From Candidatus Woesearchaeota archaeon (GTDB taxonomy: Archaea > Nanobdellota > Nanobdellia > Woesearchaeales > UBA10216): a stretch of 64,000 nt of DNA. Each line of letters opens with the position of its first letter. Position 1 is the stretch's first letter. Below, piece after piece: positions 1-8,711 of the stretch. A program made the position numbers and the translations under genes. Below the pieces are notes generated by a model that was not told where the DNA came from, did not search any database, and saw only the letters and a program-made list of their open reading frames with translations. The DNA is taken from the NCBI GenBank assembly GCA_016192945.1, contig JACPTE010000034.1, forward strand, positions 956-64,955, given 5' to 3'.

Positions 1-111
1 TATAAATATAACTCCCCCATGGTCCCTTCTGGAATGAGCCCAGCCGCATAACACTGCCTTTTTTCCAGCAAACTTAGCGCTCAAATCACCGCACGTGTGC
101 GTCCTTAGCAT
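1..111 (-). CDS. possible 5' part of a leaderless gene running off the window start (hypothetical)
   Basis: Minus-strand ATG at 111..109 with an open frame to position 1; AT-rich TATA-like AAATATAAAG about 22 nt upstream at 132..141; no similarity recognised. Confidence 0.2.
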   Translation of the reverse strand, partial: MLRTHTCGDLSAKFAGKKAVLCGWAHSRRDHGGVIFI

Positions 112-204
112 AAAATCCGAGTACTGCCACAAGCTTTATATTTCTTTTGCAACAAAATTTAAAAAGCGAGTAAGACCTAAAGCGTCTTATACCCAGTAAT
201 CCAG

Positions 205-642
205 ATGCAAATGTTTTTAACCTTGCCTATAAATTATGGTTGGATGCTTAAGACTAAAAAAGATACTCAACAAGGCAATGCGTATGCATGGATTTCTCTA
301 ATTTCAGGAATTTTAAGCTTGTTTTCGATTCCTCTTCTTCCATTTTTTTCACTTTCTTTAGTTTTTATGATTGAGTTCATTAACCGTTCACAACACTTAG
401 CTCAGGATATGTTATTTGTTAGTTTGTTGGTGGTCATTATTAGTGCTCTTATATCTTTAATTTTATTTCTCTTGCCTGTAATTGCAATAATTTCAGGCAT
501 CATTGCTATTTTGAAATATGGTTCTAATCGTGAATTGGGCGGCTTGGGGAAAGCAGTAAATGGAATAGTTCTAGGTGCAGCTGTTATAGTACTTTTAATC
601 TTAATTTATTCTAGTGTAACAAAAATGAATTGGATAATGTAA
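205..642 (+). CDS. small membrane protein with glycine-zipper TM helices (DUF4190-like); AT-rich gene
   Basis: 145 aa with three hydrophobic helices bearing GxxxG/small-residue repeats; local GC is well below the window average. Confidence 0.45.
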   Translation: MQMFLTLPINYGWMLKTKKDTQQGNAYAWISLISGILSLFSIPLLPFFSLSLVFMIEFINRSQHLAQDMLFVSLLVVIISALISLILFLLPVIAIISGIIAILKYGSNRELGGLGKAVNGIVLGAAVIVLLILIYSSVTKMNWIM

Positions 643-652
643 AAGATTAAGT

Positions 653-2380
653 TCAATATTCCTCAAGCGTTGACAAGTCTCCTACAGGCAATCCAAGTTC
701 CCTTGCTTTCAGGACACGCCTCATTATCTTGCCGCTTCTTGTCTTTGGCAGGGAATCTACGAATGCAATCTCTCTCGGATATGCGTGGCCTGCAAGTTTT
801 ACCTTTATGTAGTCCTTTATCTCGCTTTCCAGCTCTGCAGACGGGCTGAAGCCAGGCCTCAGCTTTACAAATGCCTTGATTATCTCACCCCTTAAAGCAT
901 CTGGCTTTCCTATGACCCCTGCCTCTGCTATTGCCCTGTGCTCTATAAGGGCTGATTCAACCTCAAAAGGGCCAACACGCTCTCCAGCGGTCTTTATAAC
1001 ATCATCAGCCCTTCCAATAAACCAGAAATAGCCATCCTTGTCAACTCTTGCCCTGTCACCTGAGATGTACCATCCGTTCCTGAAATACTCATTGTATTTC
1101 GGAAGGTTATTCCATATTGCCTTCATCATAGAGGGCCATCCTGGCTTTATCGCGAGATTGCCCTCAGCTCCTTGCGGAAGAATCCTGCCTTCATCATCCA
1201 CTATCGCGGCAGTAACCCCTGGGAATGGCTTTCCCATTGAGCCAAGCTTTATGTCCAGCACAGGATAATTTGCTATGAGGATTCCCCCTGTTTCTGTCTG
1301 CCACCAGTTGTCATGGAAGGGAAGCCCAAAAGCCTTCAAGCCCCACCTTATTGCCTCGGGGTTGAGCGGCTCCCCAACACTGCACAAGTGCCTTAAGCTG
1401 CCAATATTGCATTTCTTGTAGGCATCGCCTGCCTGCATCAGCATCCTGATTGCTGTAGGGGCAGTATACCATACATTTACCTTGTATTTTTCTATTATGC
1501 TGTACCATTTTTCAGGGTCAAACCTTCCTTCATAAATAACTGATGTCGCCCCGTTGCTCCATGTGCCCAGAATCTCATATGCTATCCCAGTCACCCACCC
1601 GGGATCTGCAGTGCACCAGTAAACATCATCATCCTGTATGTCCAGCACCCATTTGGCTGTTATGTGCTCATGAATAACTGCCTTGTGGCAGTGCATGACC
1701 CCTTTCGGCTTTCCTGTTGTTCCTGAAGTGTAAAGCATGAATGCATAATCATCAGGCTCCATCCTTGCAATTTCGTATGAAGCAGGCATCTTTTCAGCTT
1801 CAGAGTAGCTGACAACACCATCTCCTGAATGGACTGAATCAGTCACTATCACTGTCTTCAGTTCAGGAAGCTCACCCATAACAGAGTCAACCCTCTTCTT
1901 CAATTCAGAATTAGTGATTAGGCATTTTGCGCCGCTGTCCTTGAGCCTGTCCTTTATAGCAGAAGGGCCGAATGCAGAGAACATAGTGCCTGCTATCGCC
2001 CCTGTCTTGAGTATCCCTATAAAGCTGATGTAAAGCTCCGGAACCCTTGGAAGAAAGATGAACACCCTGTCTCCCTTCCTTACCCCGCATTTTACAAGCA
2101 GGTTTGCGAACCTGTCAGATTCCTCCTTAAGGTCCAGGAAAGTGAAATCCGCGGTTTCCCTTTCCCCAGCCCAGTGCAGGGCTATCTTGTTTTTCCTCCA
2201 CCCTGCTGCATGCCTGTCTATGGCGTTATACGCTGCATTGACCTTGCCTTCCCAGTAATCAAGCTCCTTTTCCATGAAATCCTGGCTGAAATTCCCGTAC
2301 ATCAGCTCATAATCCTGGAGGTTTGGGGCTTTTTTCAGCTCTGGAGGGCTTTTCCTGAAGATTTCCTCTTCCATAATCAT
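653..2380 (-). CDS. acs: acetyl-CoA synthetase (AMP-forming acetate--CoA ligase)
   Basis: 575 aa; AMP-binding signature YTSGTTGKPKGV; WYxTGD core; C-terminal GRxDDVIxxxGxRV motif typical of Acs. Confidence 0.85.
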   Translation of the reverse strand: MIMEEEIFRKSPPELKKAPNLQDYELMYGNFSQDFMEKELDYWEGKVNAAYNAIDRHAAGWRKNKIALHWAGERETADFTFLDLKEESDRFANLLVKCGVRKGDRVFIFLPRVPELYISFIGILKTGAIAGTMFSAFGPSAIKDRLKDSGAKCLITNSELKKRVDSVMGELPELKTVIVTDSVHSGDGVVSYSEAEKMPASYEIARMEPDDYAFMLYTSGTTGKPKGVMHCHKAVIHEHITAKWVLDIQDDDVYWCTADPGWVTGIAYEILGTWSNGATSVIYEGRFDPEKWYSIIEKYKVNVWYTAPTAIRMLMQAGDAYKKCNIGSLRHLCSVGEPLNPEAIRWGLKAFGLPFHDNWWQTETGGILIANYPVLDIKLGSMGKPFPGVTAAIVDDEGRILPQGAEGNLAIKPGWPSMMKAIWNNLPKYNEYFRNGWYISGDRARVDKDGYFWFIGRADDVIKTAGERVGPFEVESALIEHRAIAEAGVIGKPDALRGEIIKAFVKLRPGFSPSAELESEIKDYIKVKLAGHAYPREIAFVDSLPKTRSGKIMRRVLKARELGLPVGDLSTLEEY

Positions 2381-2439
2381 TCATTCTCCTGATAATTTTA
2401 TAAATTTTGCCAAAAACTCCAGCAAACCCAAAAAGCAAA

Positions 2440-2449
2440 ATTTAAATAC
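2440..2449 (+). promoter_or_regulatory. TATA-like box (TTTAAATACT) in the acs/trmB divergent intergenic region
   Basis: AT-rich octamer about 70 nt upstream of the trmB ATG in a 138-bp divergent spacer. Confidence 0.25.
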
Positions 2450-2518
2450 TAGCAGGTGTTTGGTGGTATTACTATTGTGTAGTGCATATGTGTTATCATT
2501 CCCTTAGGAGGCTTATCT

Positions 2519-3340
2519 ATGATTGTCAAGGAGGAATTTTTAAGCAAGTTAAGAACATACTTTTCCTTAAACCTTTACGAGGTCAAGATTTGGACTGCGC
2601 TTCTTTCAAGAGGGGTTTCAACTGCAGGGGAGCTTTCTGACATAGCCAATGTCCCCAGGTCAAGGAGCTATGATGTCCTTGAAAGCCTTGAGAAGAAGGG
2701 GTTTGTCGTGATGAAATTCGGCAAGCCGATAAAATACCTCGCAATCCCGCCTCAGGATGTTGTTGAGCGCGTCAAGAAGCACATGAGGAGCGAGGCCGAG
2801 CGCAAAATAAAAAGGCTTGAGGACCTGAAGAACACAGAAGTGCTCAACGAACTCAAGTCACTGCACACGCAGGGCCTGGAGCTGGTAGAGCCAACAGACC
2901 TGTCAGGCTCGCTCAAGGGAAGGCATAACCTCTATAATCACTTAGACCTCATGATAAAGAACGCAGAGAAATCGGTTACAATAATGACAACATCCCAGGG
3001 CCTGATGAGGAAAATTGAAGGACTCAAGCCAACCCTGGAGAAAGTGAAGAAGAGGGGCGTTAAGATAAGGATAGCCGCCCCCATAACGAAAGACACAAAA
3101 AGCGTGATTAATGACATCGCAGATGTTGCAGAAATCAGGCACACAGACGGCAAGGCAAGATTCTGCATAATTGACGGGAAAGAGCTGATGTTCATGGTGA
3201 TGGATGACAATGACGTTCACCCAACTTATGATGTCGGTATATGGGTGAACACCCCATTCTTCGCATCAGCCCTTGAAAACCTCTTCAACCAGAACTGGGA
3301 TGACATGAAGCCAGCTGCAGATGTTGCCAAGAAGCTTTAA
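2519..3340 (+). CDS. TrmB-family sugar-responsive transcriptional regulator
   Basis: N-terminal wHTH (LYEVKIWTALLSRGVSTAGELSDIANVPRSRSYDVLESLEKKGFV) plus C-terminal TrmB effector-like domain; GGAGG 8 nt upstream; divergent from acs. Confidence 0.65.
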   Translation: MIVKEEFLSKLRTYFSLNLYEVKIWTALLSRGVSTAGELSDIANVPRSRSYDVLESLEKKGFVVMKFGKPIKYLAIPPQDVVERVKKHMRSEAERKIKRLEDLKNTEVLNELKSLHTQGLELVEPTDLSGSLKGRHNLYNHLDLMIKNAEKSVTIMTTSQGLMRKIEGLKPTLEKVKKRGVKIRIAAPITKDTKSVINDIADVAEIRHTDGKARFCIIDGKELMFMVMDDNDVHPTYDVGIWVNTPFFASALENLFNQNWDDMKPAADVAKKL

Positions 3341-3379
3341 TCGTTAATTATTTAAGAAAGCCATATTCACTGTTTTTCC

Positions 3380-4147
3380 ATGCCAGCCCATGATGATAAA
3401 GAAACTCTTTCATTGCTTGAAAATTTTCTTAAACTGAATAATGCAGTGAATAAGAGTGTAGCAGCTCCAGAGAAGCAAATGCCCAAAATCTATTCGCTTT
3501 TCTGCAGCGATTCAAGGATGGATTCATCCTTGCTTGTTGCCAACCCTGCCAACCACATGTTTGTCACAAGGAACATAGGCAACCAGGCGATAGGCTCCAT
3601 CGGCTCTGTGGATTACCCAATAAGCCACCTGGATTCAATCAAGCTTGCAATGGTAATAGGCCATTTGAATTGCGGCGCTGTTGCTGCAGCATACAATTCC
3701 TCAAGGAGCTTAAATCCGGAATCTGCTGGAAACGATTTTGACGCCATTGTTTCAAAAACATTAGAGAAGGCAAAGGGGTTAAGAAAGGCATACATTCATT
3801 CTGAAGGAGAGGATGCGATAAGTGAAGAGCTGGCACCAATGTCCATGTTTTTTTCCAACGCAGCCCATATAATAGGGAATGATGAGCACCAATTCCTGCC
3901 GAGGCATGCTGCAGCCAATGTCCACTTCCAGATAGCCTGCATGCTTGAGATAGGCGAGCTGAGAACCAAAGTTGAGCAGGGAAAACTGGTTCTCGGGGGA
4001 GCAATATATGACTTATTCGGAAGATACGGGCCTGTAGGCAGCTTGTATCTTATCAACATAAACGGGAACAGGGATATTGGGAAAACCAGCATTCTGGACA
4101 GCATTCGCCCAAGGCTAAGGGCACCCTCTTACCCAATGAAGTTTTAA
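3380..4147 (+). CDS. beta-class carbonic anhydrase-like protein with C-terminal extension
   Basis: Zinc-ligand motifs CSDSR (FCSDSRMD) and HxxCG (IGHLNCGAV) in the spacing expected for beta-CA; about 100 extra C-terminal residues. Confidence 0.4.
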   Translation: MPAHDDKETLSLLENFLKLNNAVNKSVAAPEKQMPKIYSLFCSDSRMDSSLLVANPANHMFVTRNIGNQAIGSIGSVDYPISHLDSIKLAMVIGHLNCGAVAAAYNSSRSLNPESAGNDFDAIVSKTLEKAKGLRKAYIHSEGEDAISEELAPMSMFFSNAAHIIGNDEHQFLPRHAAANVHFQIACMLEIGELRTKVEQGKLVLGGAIYDLFGRYGPVGSLYLININGNRDIGKTSILDSIRPRLRAPSYPMKF

Positions 4148-4187
4148 TGCGATACCTTTAAATAAGCTCATTTTCCGCTACAGCCTC

Positions 4188-5714
4188 ATGGCTGAAGACC
4201 TTGATAAAGTCATTTCATCCCTGCATCCATTGGAAAGGAAAATACTGCCTTTAGTTGATAAAAACAGCAATGTCAGCAGGATAGTGAAGGACTCCGGGCT
4301 TTCTGAAACAGAAGTAAACAGAGCGGTGCAATGGCTCAGGAGCAAGCGACTGGTTGATGTCAACGAGAGCTTTAAAGAGGTTGTGGAGCTTGATTCCAAT
4401 GGGCAGAGATACCTGAAGGAGCTTATGCCTGAAAGAAGGTTCTATGAATGCCTGAAAGCCACAGGAAAAGCAAAGCTGTCAGAAATAAAAAAAAGCGCCA
4501 GGCTTTCAGATGACGAGTTCAATATCTGCATAGGGATTCTGAAGAGGCTTAATGCTGTTGAGGTGAAAAAAGACAGGGAGATAACGATTGCCCTGACTGA
4601 GCACTGGAAAAAGCTTGAACATGCAGGGTTTGAATCTGAAAGCTTCCTCAAAAAAGAGTTTCCAGTTGATGTTTCACAATTGTCCATTCCTGAAAAAAAT
4701 TCCCTTGGTGGGTTGAAATCAAGGAAGAACATCGTGAAGGTATCCTTGCTGAAAGACACTGCGGTTAGCATTACTGCATTAGGGAGGGATATCCTAAGGA
4801 GAGGCATAAAAACAGACATAGTTGACCGCTTAACACCAGAAATCCTGAAATCAGGGGCATGGAAGGGCAGGGATTTCAGGAGGTATGACCTTCTGGCGCC
4901 AGTCCCAAGGATAACCGGTGGGAGAAAGCAGCACTACAGGAGGTTCCTTGAGAATGTAAGGGAGAAATTCATATCACTAGGATTTACAGAGATGACAGGC
5001 CCGATAGTTGAGACAGAGTTCTGGAACATGGACGCCCTGTACATGCCGCAGTTCCACTCTGCAAGAGACATCCATGACGCATATTACGTCAAAGAGCCAA
5101 AATACTCTGATTCGCTTCCAAGTGAGTTTGTGATGAAAGTGAAATATGCGCATGAGCTCGGGATTTCAGGCAGCACAGGATGGCGCTATGATTTTGATGT
5201 CAAAAGGACGCACAGGCACGTCCTCAGGTCACAGGACACATCAATCTCACCAAGGACGCTGTCCCTCCCAAGCCTCAATATACCCGGAAAATACTTTCAG
5301 ATGGTAAGATGCTTCAGGTATGATGTAATTGACTCAACGCACCTCGCAGACTTCAACCAGATAGGCGGCTTTGTAGTTGAAGAGGGGATTAACCTAAGGC
5401 ACCTTATAGGGCTGCTGAAGATGTTTGCACGGGAATTCGCTGACACTGACAAAATAAAGGTAGTTCCAGCCTATTTCCCTTTCACAGAGCCATCTGCCGC
5501 ACTTTATGCAAAGCACCCTGAAATGGGCTGGATTGAGCTTGGCGGGAGCGGGATTTTCAGGCCTGAAATGACAAACCCGCTGGGAGTCAAAGTGCCAGTT
5601 ATAGCATGGGGAATAGGCGTTGAAAGGGTTGCCATGTTCAAGCTTGGGCTCAAGGACATCAGGCAGCTGTTCAGCCACGACCTTGAATTTTTAAGGACAA
5701 TAAAGGTGGTTTAG
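4188..5714 (+). CDS. pheS: phenylalanine--tRNA ligase alpha subunit (archaeal type)
   Basis: 508 aa; class II core motifs (FRPEMTNPLG, GWIELGGSGIFRPEM, GIGVERVAMF); TATA CTTTAAATAAG 24 nt upstream; leaderless. Confidence 0.9.
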   Translation: MAEDLDKVISSLHPLERKILPLVDKNSNVSRIVKDSGLSETEVNRAVQWLRSKRLVDVNESFKEVVELDSNGQRYLKELMPERRFYECLKATGKAKLSEIKKSARLSDDEFNICIGILKRLNAVEVKKDREITIALTEHWKKLEHAGFESESFLKKEFPVDVSQLSIPEKNSLGGLKSRKNIVKVSLLKDTAVSITALGRDILRRGIKTDIVDRLTPEILKSGAWKGRDFRRYDLLAPVPRITGGRKQHYRRFLENVREKFISLGFTEMTGPIVETEFWNMDALYMPQFHSARDIHDAYYVKEPKYSDSLPSEFVMKVKYAHELGISGSTGWRYDFDVKRTHRHVLRSQDTSISPRTLSLPSLNIPGKYFQMVRCFRYDVIDSTHLADFNQIGGFVVEEGINLRHLIGLLKMFAREFADTDKIKVVPAYFPFTEPSAALYAKHPEMGWIELGGSGIFRPEMTNPLGVKVPVIAWGIGVERVAMFKLGLKDIRQLFSHDLEFLRTIKVV

Positions 5715-5744
5715 ATTCCAACAATAAGCTTTTCACTGAAGGAC

Positions 5745-7391
5745 TTGAACAGGCTGGTAGGAAAAAGCATCACTCCAGAATCCCTTGCCGAGCTGGCACA
5801 CTACTGCAAGGGAGATTTCTCAGGTTATGACAAGTCAACAGATGAGGTTTCTATAGAGCTTGACGACACGAATCTCCCATATCTATGGAGCGTTGAGGGC
5901 ATAGCAAGGCTTCTCAGGGGAGTGCTCAGGATTCAGAAGGGAATCCCAAAAATAAAAATCATTAATGGCAATTATGAAGTCAGGGTTGATAAAACCGCTG
6001 TCGGGGTCAGGCCTTACATAGCTGCTTTTGTGGCAAAGGGCAGGAAAATTGATGACACCCTGCTAAAGCAGCTGGTCCAGCTCCAGGAAAAGTTTTGCGA
6101 CGGATATGGAAGAAAACGCCAGAAGGCATCAATAGGGCTTTATTCATACAAGCGGATAAAATTCCCTGTACACTACAAAGCAGTTGAGCCTTCTTCAGCC
6201 AGCTTTGTTCCGTTAGGAATGCAAAAAAAGCTCAGCCTCGCACAGATTCTGGAAGAGCATCCCAAGGGCAGGGAATACAAGTGGATTCTTGATGGGCTCA
6301 AAAAATATCCCTTGCTGGTTGATGACAAGGGGGATGTGCTGAGCTTCCCTCCAATAATAAACTCAGACTTCATAGGAAAACTCGAAACAGGGGATTCTGA
6401 CATCTTTTTTGAGATCACAGGAACTGATGAGCAGGCAATCATGCTTGCCACCAACATATTTGCATACGCACTCTCTGAAAGGGGATTTGAGCTCTTTTCA
6501 GTCAAAATAAGCTACCCTGAAAGAAATGTTTCCTCTCCATCACCAGCCACTAAAAAAATCAGGATAAGCAGAAAAGATGTGGAAGGCCTGCTTGGTCTGA
6601 AGCTGAAGGAGCCTGAAATCAGGGAGCTTGCTGAGAGAGCAGGATTCGGATTCAACAACTACACCATAACCATCCCGCCTTACAGGGAAGATATAATGCA
6701 CCCGTTTGACGTAATAGAGGACATTGCAATAATCTACGGGTTTGGAAATATCCTGCCTCAGGAACTGGAGAGCTACACAATCGGCCAGAAGCTGCCTATA
6801 GTGGATTTCATTGACAGGATAAGGGAGCTTGCCATAGGAATAGGGTATCAGGAAGTGATGAGCCCAATACTCTCAAATAAAAACACGCTATACACTAAAA
6901 TGAACAGCCCTGATACGGGCACTGTTGAAATAGAAAACCCGATGTCAGAGCTGTTTTCAGCCATTAGAAGCTGGCTCTCCCCAATACTCCTGGAAATGCT
7001 TTCAAAAAACAAGCATGTTGATTTCCCCCAGAAAGTGTTTGAGCAGGGGCTGGTTACAGTGAGAAGCGGGAACAAAATAAGCGATTACGAAAAGATGGCC
7101 CTCATGTCATCCCATTCAACTGCCGATTACACAGAGTCAAAGCAAGCTGTTGAGCTTTTGATGAGGCAGCTCGGGATAAAGTATTCCATAACGGAAAAGG
7201 AGCACAAATCATTCATAAAAGGAAGGTCTGCCTCCCTGATAGTTGCAGGAAGGGAAGTTGGCATTTTCGGGGAAATAAATCCTGCCGTCCTTTCAAACTG
7301 GGGCATTGAGATGCCTGTTTCAGCAGTTGAGATTAACATATCTGATTTGTACGAGACTGATGAAAAGGCTGGAAAAAGGCAGAAAATGTAG
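5745..7391 (+). CDS. pheT: phenylalanine--tRNA ligase beta subunit (archaeal type)
   Basis: 548 aa with B3/B4 and B5 domain signatures; directly follows the pheS stop. The track start is TTG; the frame is open from 5715 with no ATG/GTG, so the true start is uncertain. Confidence 0.85.
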   Translation: MNRLVGKSITPESLAELAHYCKGDFSGYDKSTDEVSIELDDTNLPYLWSVEGIARLLRGVLRIQKGIPKIKIINGNYEVRVDKTAVGVRPYIAAFVAKGRKIDDTLLKQLVQLQEKFCDGYGRKRQKASIGLYSYKRIKFPVHYKAVEPSSASFVPLGMQKKLSLAQILEEHPKGREYKWILDGLKKYPLLVDDKGDVLSFPPIINSDFIGKLETGDSDIFFEITGTDEQAIMLATNIFAYALSERGFELFSVKISYPERNVSSPSPATKKIRISRKDVEGLLGLKLKEPEIRELAERAGFGFNNYTITIPPYREDIMHPFDVIEDIAIIYGFGNILPQELESYTIGQKLPIVDFIDRIRELAIGIGYQEVMSPILSNKNTLYTKMNSPDTGTVEIENPMSELFSAIRSWLSPILLEMLSKNKHVDFPQKVFEQGLVTVRSGNKISDYEKMALMSSHSTADYTESKQAVELLMRQLGIKYSITEKEHKSFIKGRSASLIVAGREVGIFGEINPAVLSNWGIEMPVSAVEINISDLYETDEKAGKRQKM

Positions 7392-7393
7392 AA

Positions 7394-7627
7394 TTATTTG
7401 ACGATTATCCCGTGCTTCGCAAGTTCAGACTTGACTTCCTCATGTGTTGCATTGCGGTTTATCTTTATTGAGATGTCCAAGGGCTCAAGATGCCTTATGT
7501 TGCACTTCTTCCTCCTGAGATCCCCATCAATAACTGCATAGTTGTCATTAATAAGGTCAATCACAGCTCCCTTCTTCCCGGCATCCCTGCCTGCTGTTTT
7601 CACACAGACCCTGCCAAGCTCAATCAT
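7394..7627 (-). CDS. rpl14e: 50S ribosomal protein L14e
   Basis: KOW-type L14e signature MIELGRVCVKTAGRDAGKKGAVID; start taken at internal ATG 7627, which forms an ATGA overlap with the L34e stop. Confidence 0.8.
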   Translation of the reverse strand: MIELGRVCVKTAGRDAGKKGAVIDLINDNYAVIDGDLRRKKCNIRHLEPLDISIKINRNATHEEVKSELAKHGIIVK

Positions 7628-7890
7628 ATTCTTGCAGCCTCTGTAATCCTCTTTCTGGAACATCTGCTGCACAGAACCCCACCATAAGGCCTCTCAGGCC
7701 TCTTCTTTGTCTTCGGGGTTGATGCAAGCCTTGACGGCCTTAGCCTTGGGATTCCCATCAGCTCGCTTCCGCATCCAGAGCAGCATAACTTTTTTGGAAG
7801 CCTGAGAGCATAAGCCCTCACAGTCCTTCCACCAGGAGTCCTCTTCTGGGACCTCCTGAAAGTCCTGGATTTCTGCTTTGACGGCCTCAT
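7624..7890 (-). CDS. rpl34e: 50S ribosomal protein L34e
   Basis: Basic protein with C4 zinc ribbon (CSGCG...CSRC) and the L34e N-terminal motif RTFRRSQKRTPGGR. Confidence 0.8.
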   Translation of the reverse strand: MRPSKQKSRTFRRSQKRTPGGRTVRAYALRLPKKLCCSGCGSELMGIPRLRPSRLASTPKTKKRPERPYGGVLCSRCSRKRITEAARI

Positions 7891-7937
7891 GTTTTAAGTG
7901 AAAATCGGTTGGTTTAAAAAGCTTTTTGGTGGCACTC

Positions 7938-8711
7938 CTAATACACTTTCAGCAGCGACCTCAGGGCCATGCTGAATAAAAGAGAGAGCATTATGTATGC
8001 TGCAAGCCATCCTGGAGTCCACCCGAATATGCTTATCTCACCAAACGGATGAAGAGGCTTGTTGCCTATCCGGATTTCCCTGAGCATGCTGTCGCTTTTT
8101 ATGGGATACCTGTCTCCTGTGTTGATTCCCAAGAAGCTCTTTTCCTTTTCCAGGACAGGGTCCTTGTATGCCCAGATTTTGGTTATTGCTATTTCCCTGC
8201 TGTAATGCTCGCTGTTGTAATTGTATGCAAGTTCGTAGTCCCCTTCCTTCCCCTTCAAGCTCCATACTACTTTATCTTCAACCTTCTGCTTTGAGCTGTT
8301 AAGAATCTGAACACCATCCGTTGCCTCAAGCTCAATCTCCCCTGTCGCGCCTTTCTCAAAGAAAGCAGTTGTTGTGAATTCCACATCAGGAGCTATCTGC
8401 TGGTATGCAAGGTTGGCCTGCATCCATCCAAGGATTATCAGGGCGGGTATCATTGTTATCAGCATTGGCTTCATGGAAAGCCTGAACTGGTCCATTGTCC
8501 TTTCCATAAGCCTGCGGTTTACATCCCCCATCTTTTTAGGGTCCTTGGCTGCCTTCATCTCAGCCCTGAGATTGGTTATGTCATTCTTCAGGTCTTTCAT
8601 CTTTTTCTGGTCTGTTGTGAACCTGTAGATTAGCGTAATTACAAAAGAAACTGCCAGAGATACTACTGCTATTGAAAGCATCGGGCTTATTGAAAAGAAC
8701 TGAAACAACAT
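7938..8711 (-). CDS. DUF106-family membrane protein (archaeal YidC/Oxa1-like insertase candidate) with C-terminal extension
   Basis: Three TM helices with a charged coiled segment after TM1 (KKMKDLKNDITNLRAEMKAAKD); conserved position immediately downstream of secY. Confidence 0.5.
   Translation of the reverse strand: MLFQFFSISPMLSIAVVSLAVSFVITLIYRFTTDQKKMKDLKNDITNLRAEMKAAKDPKKMGDVNRRLMERTMDQFRLSMKPMLITMIPALIILGWMQANLAYQQIAPDVEFTTTAFFEKGATGEIELEATDGVQILNSSKQKVEDKVVWSLKGKEGDYELAYNYNSEHYSREIAITKIWAYKDPVLEKEKSFLGINTGDRYPIKSDSMLREIRIGNKPLHPFGEISIFGWTPGWLAAYIMLSLLFSMALRSLLKVY

Noticed and set aside
2474-2500. Searched the acs/trmB spacer for a TrmB TGM-type operator (TATCAC-N5-GTGATA)
   Set aside because: Only partial matches (GTGCATATGTG, TGTTATCA); no convincing dyad, so no site is reported.
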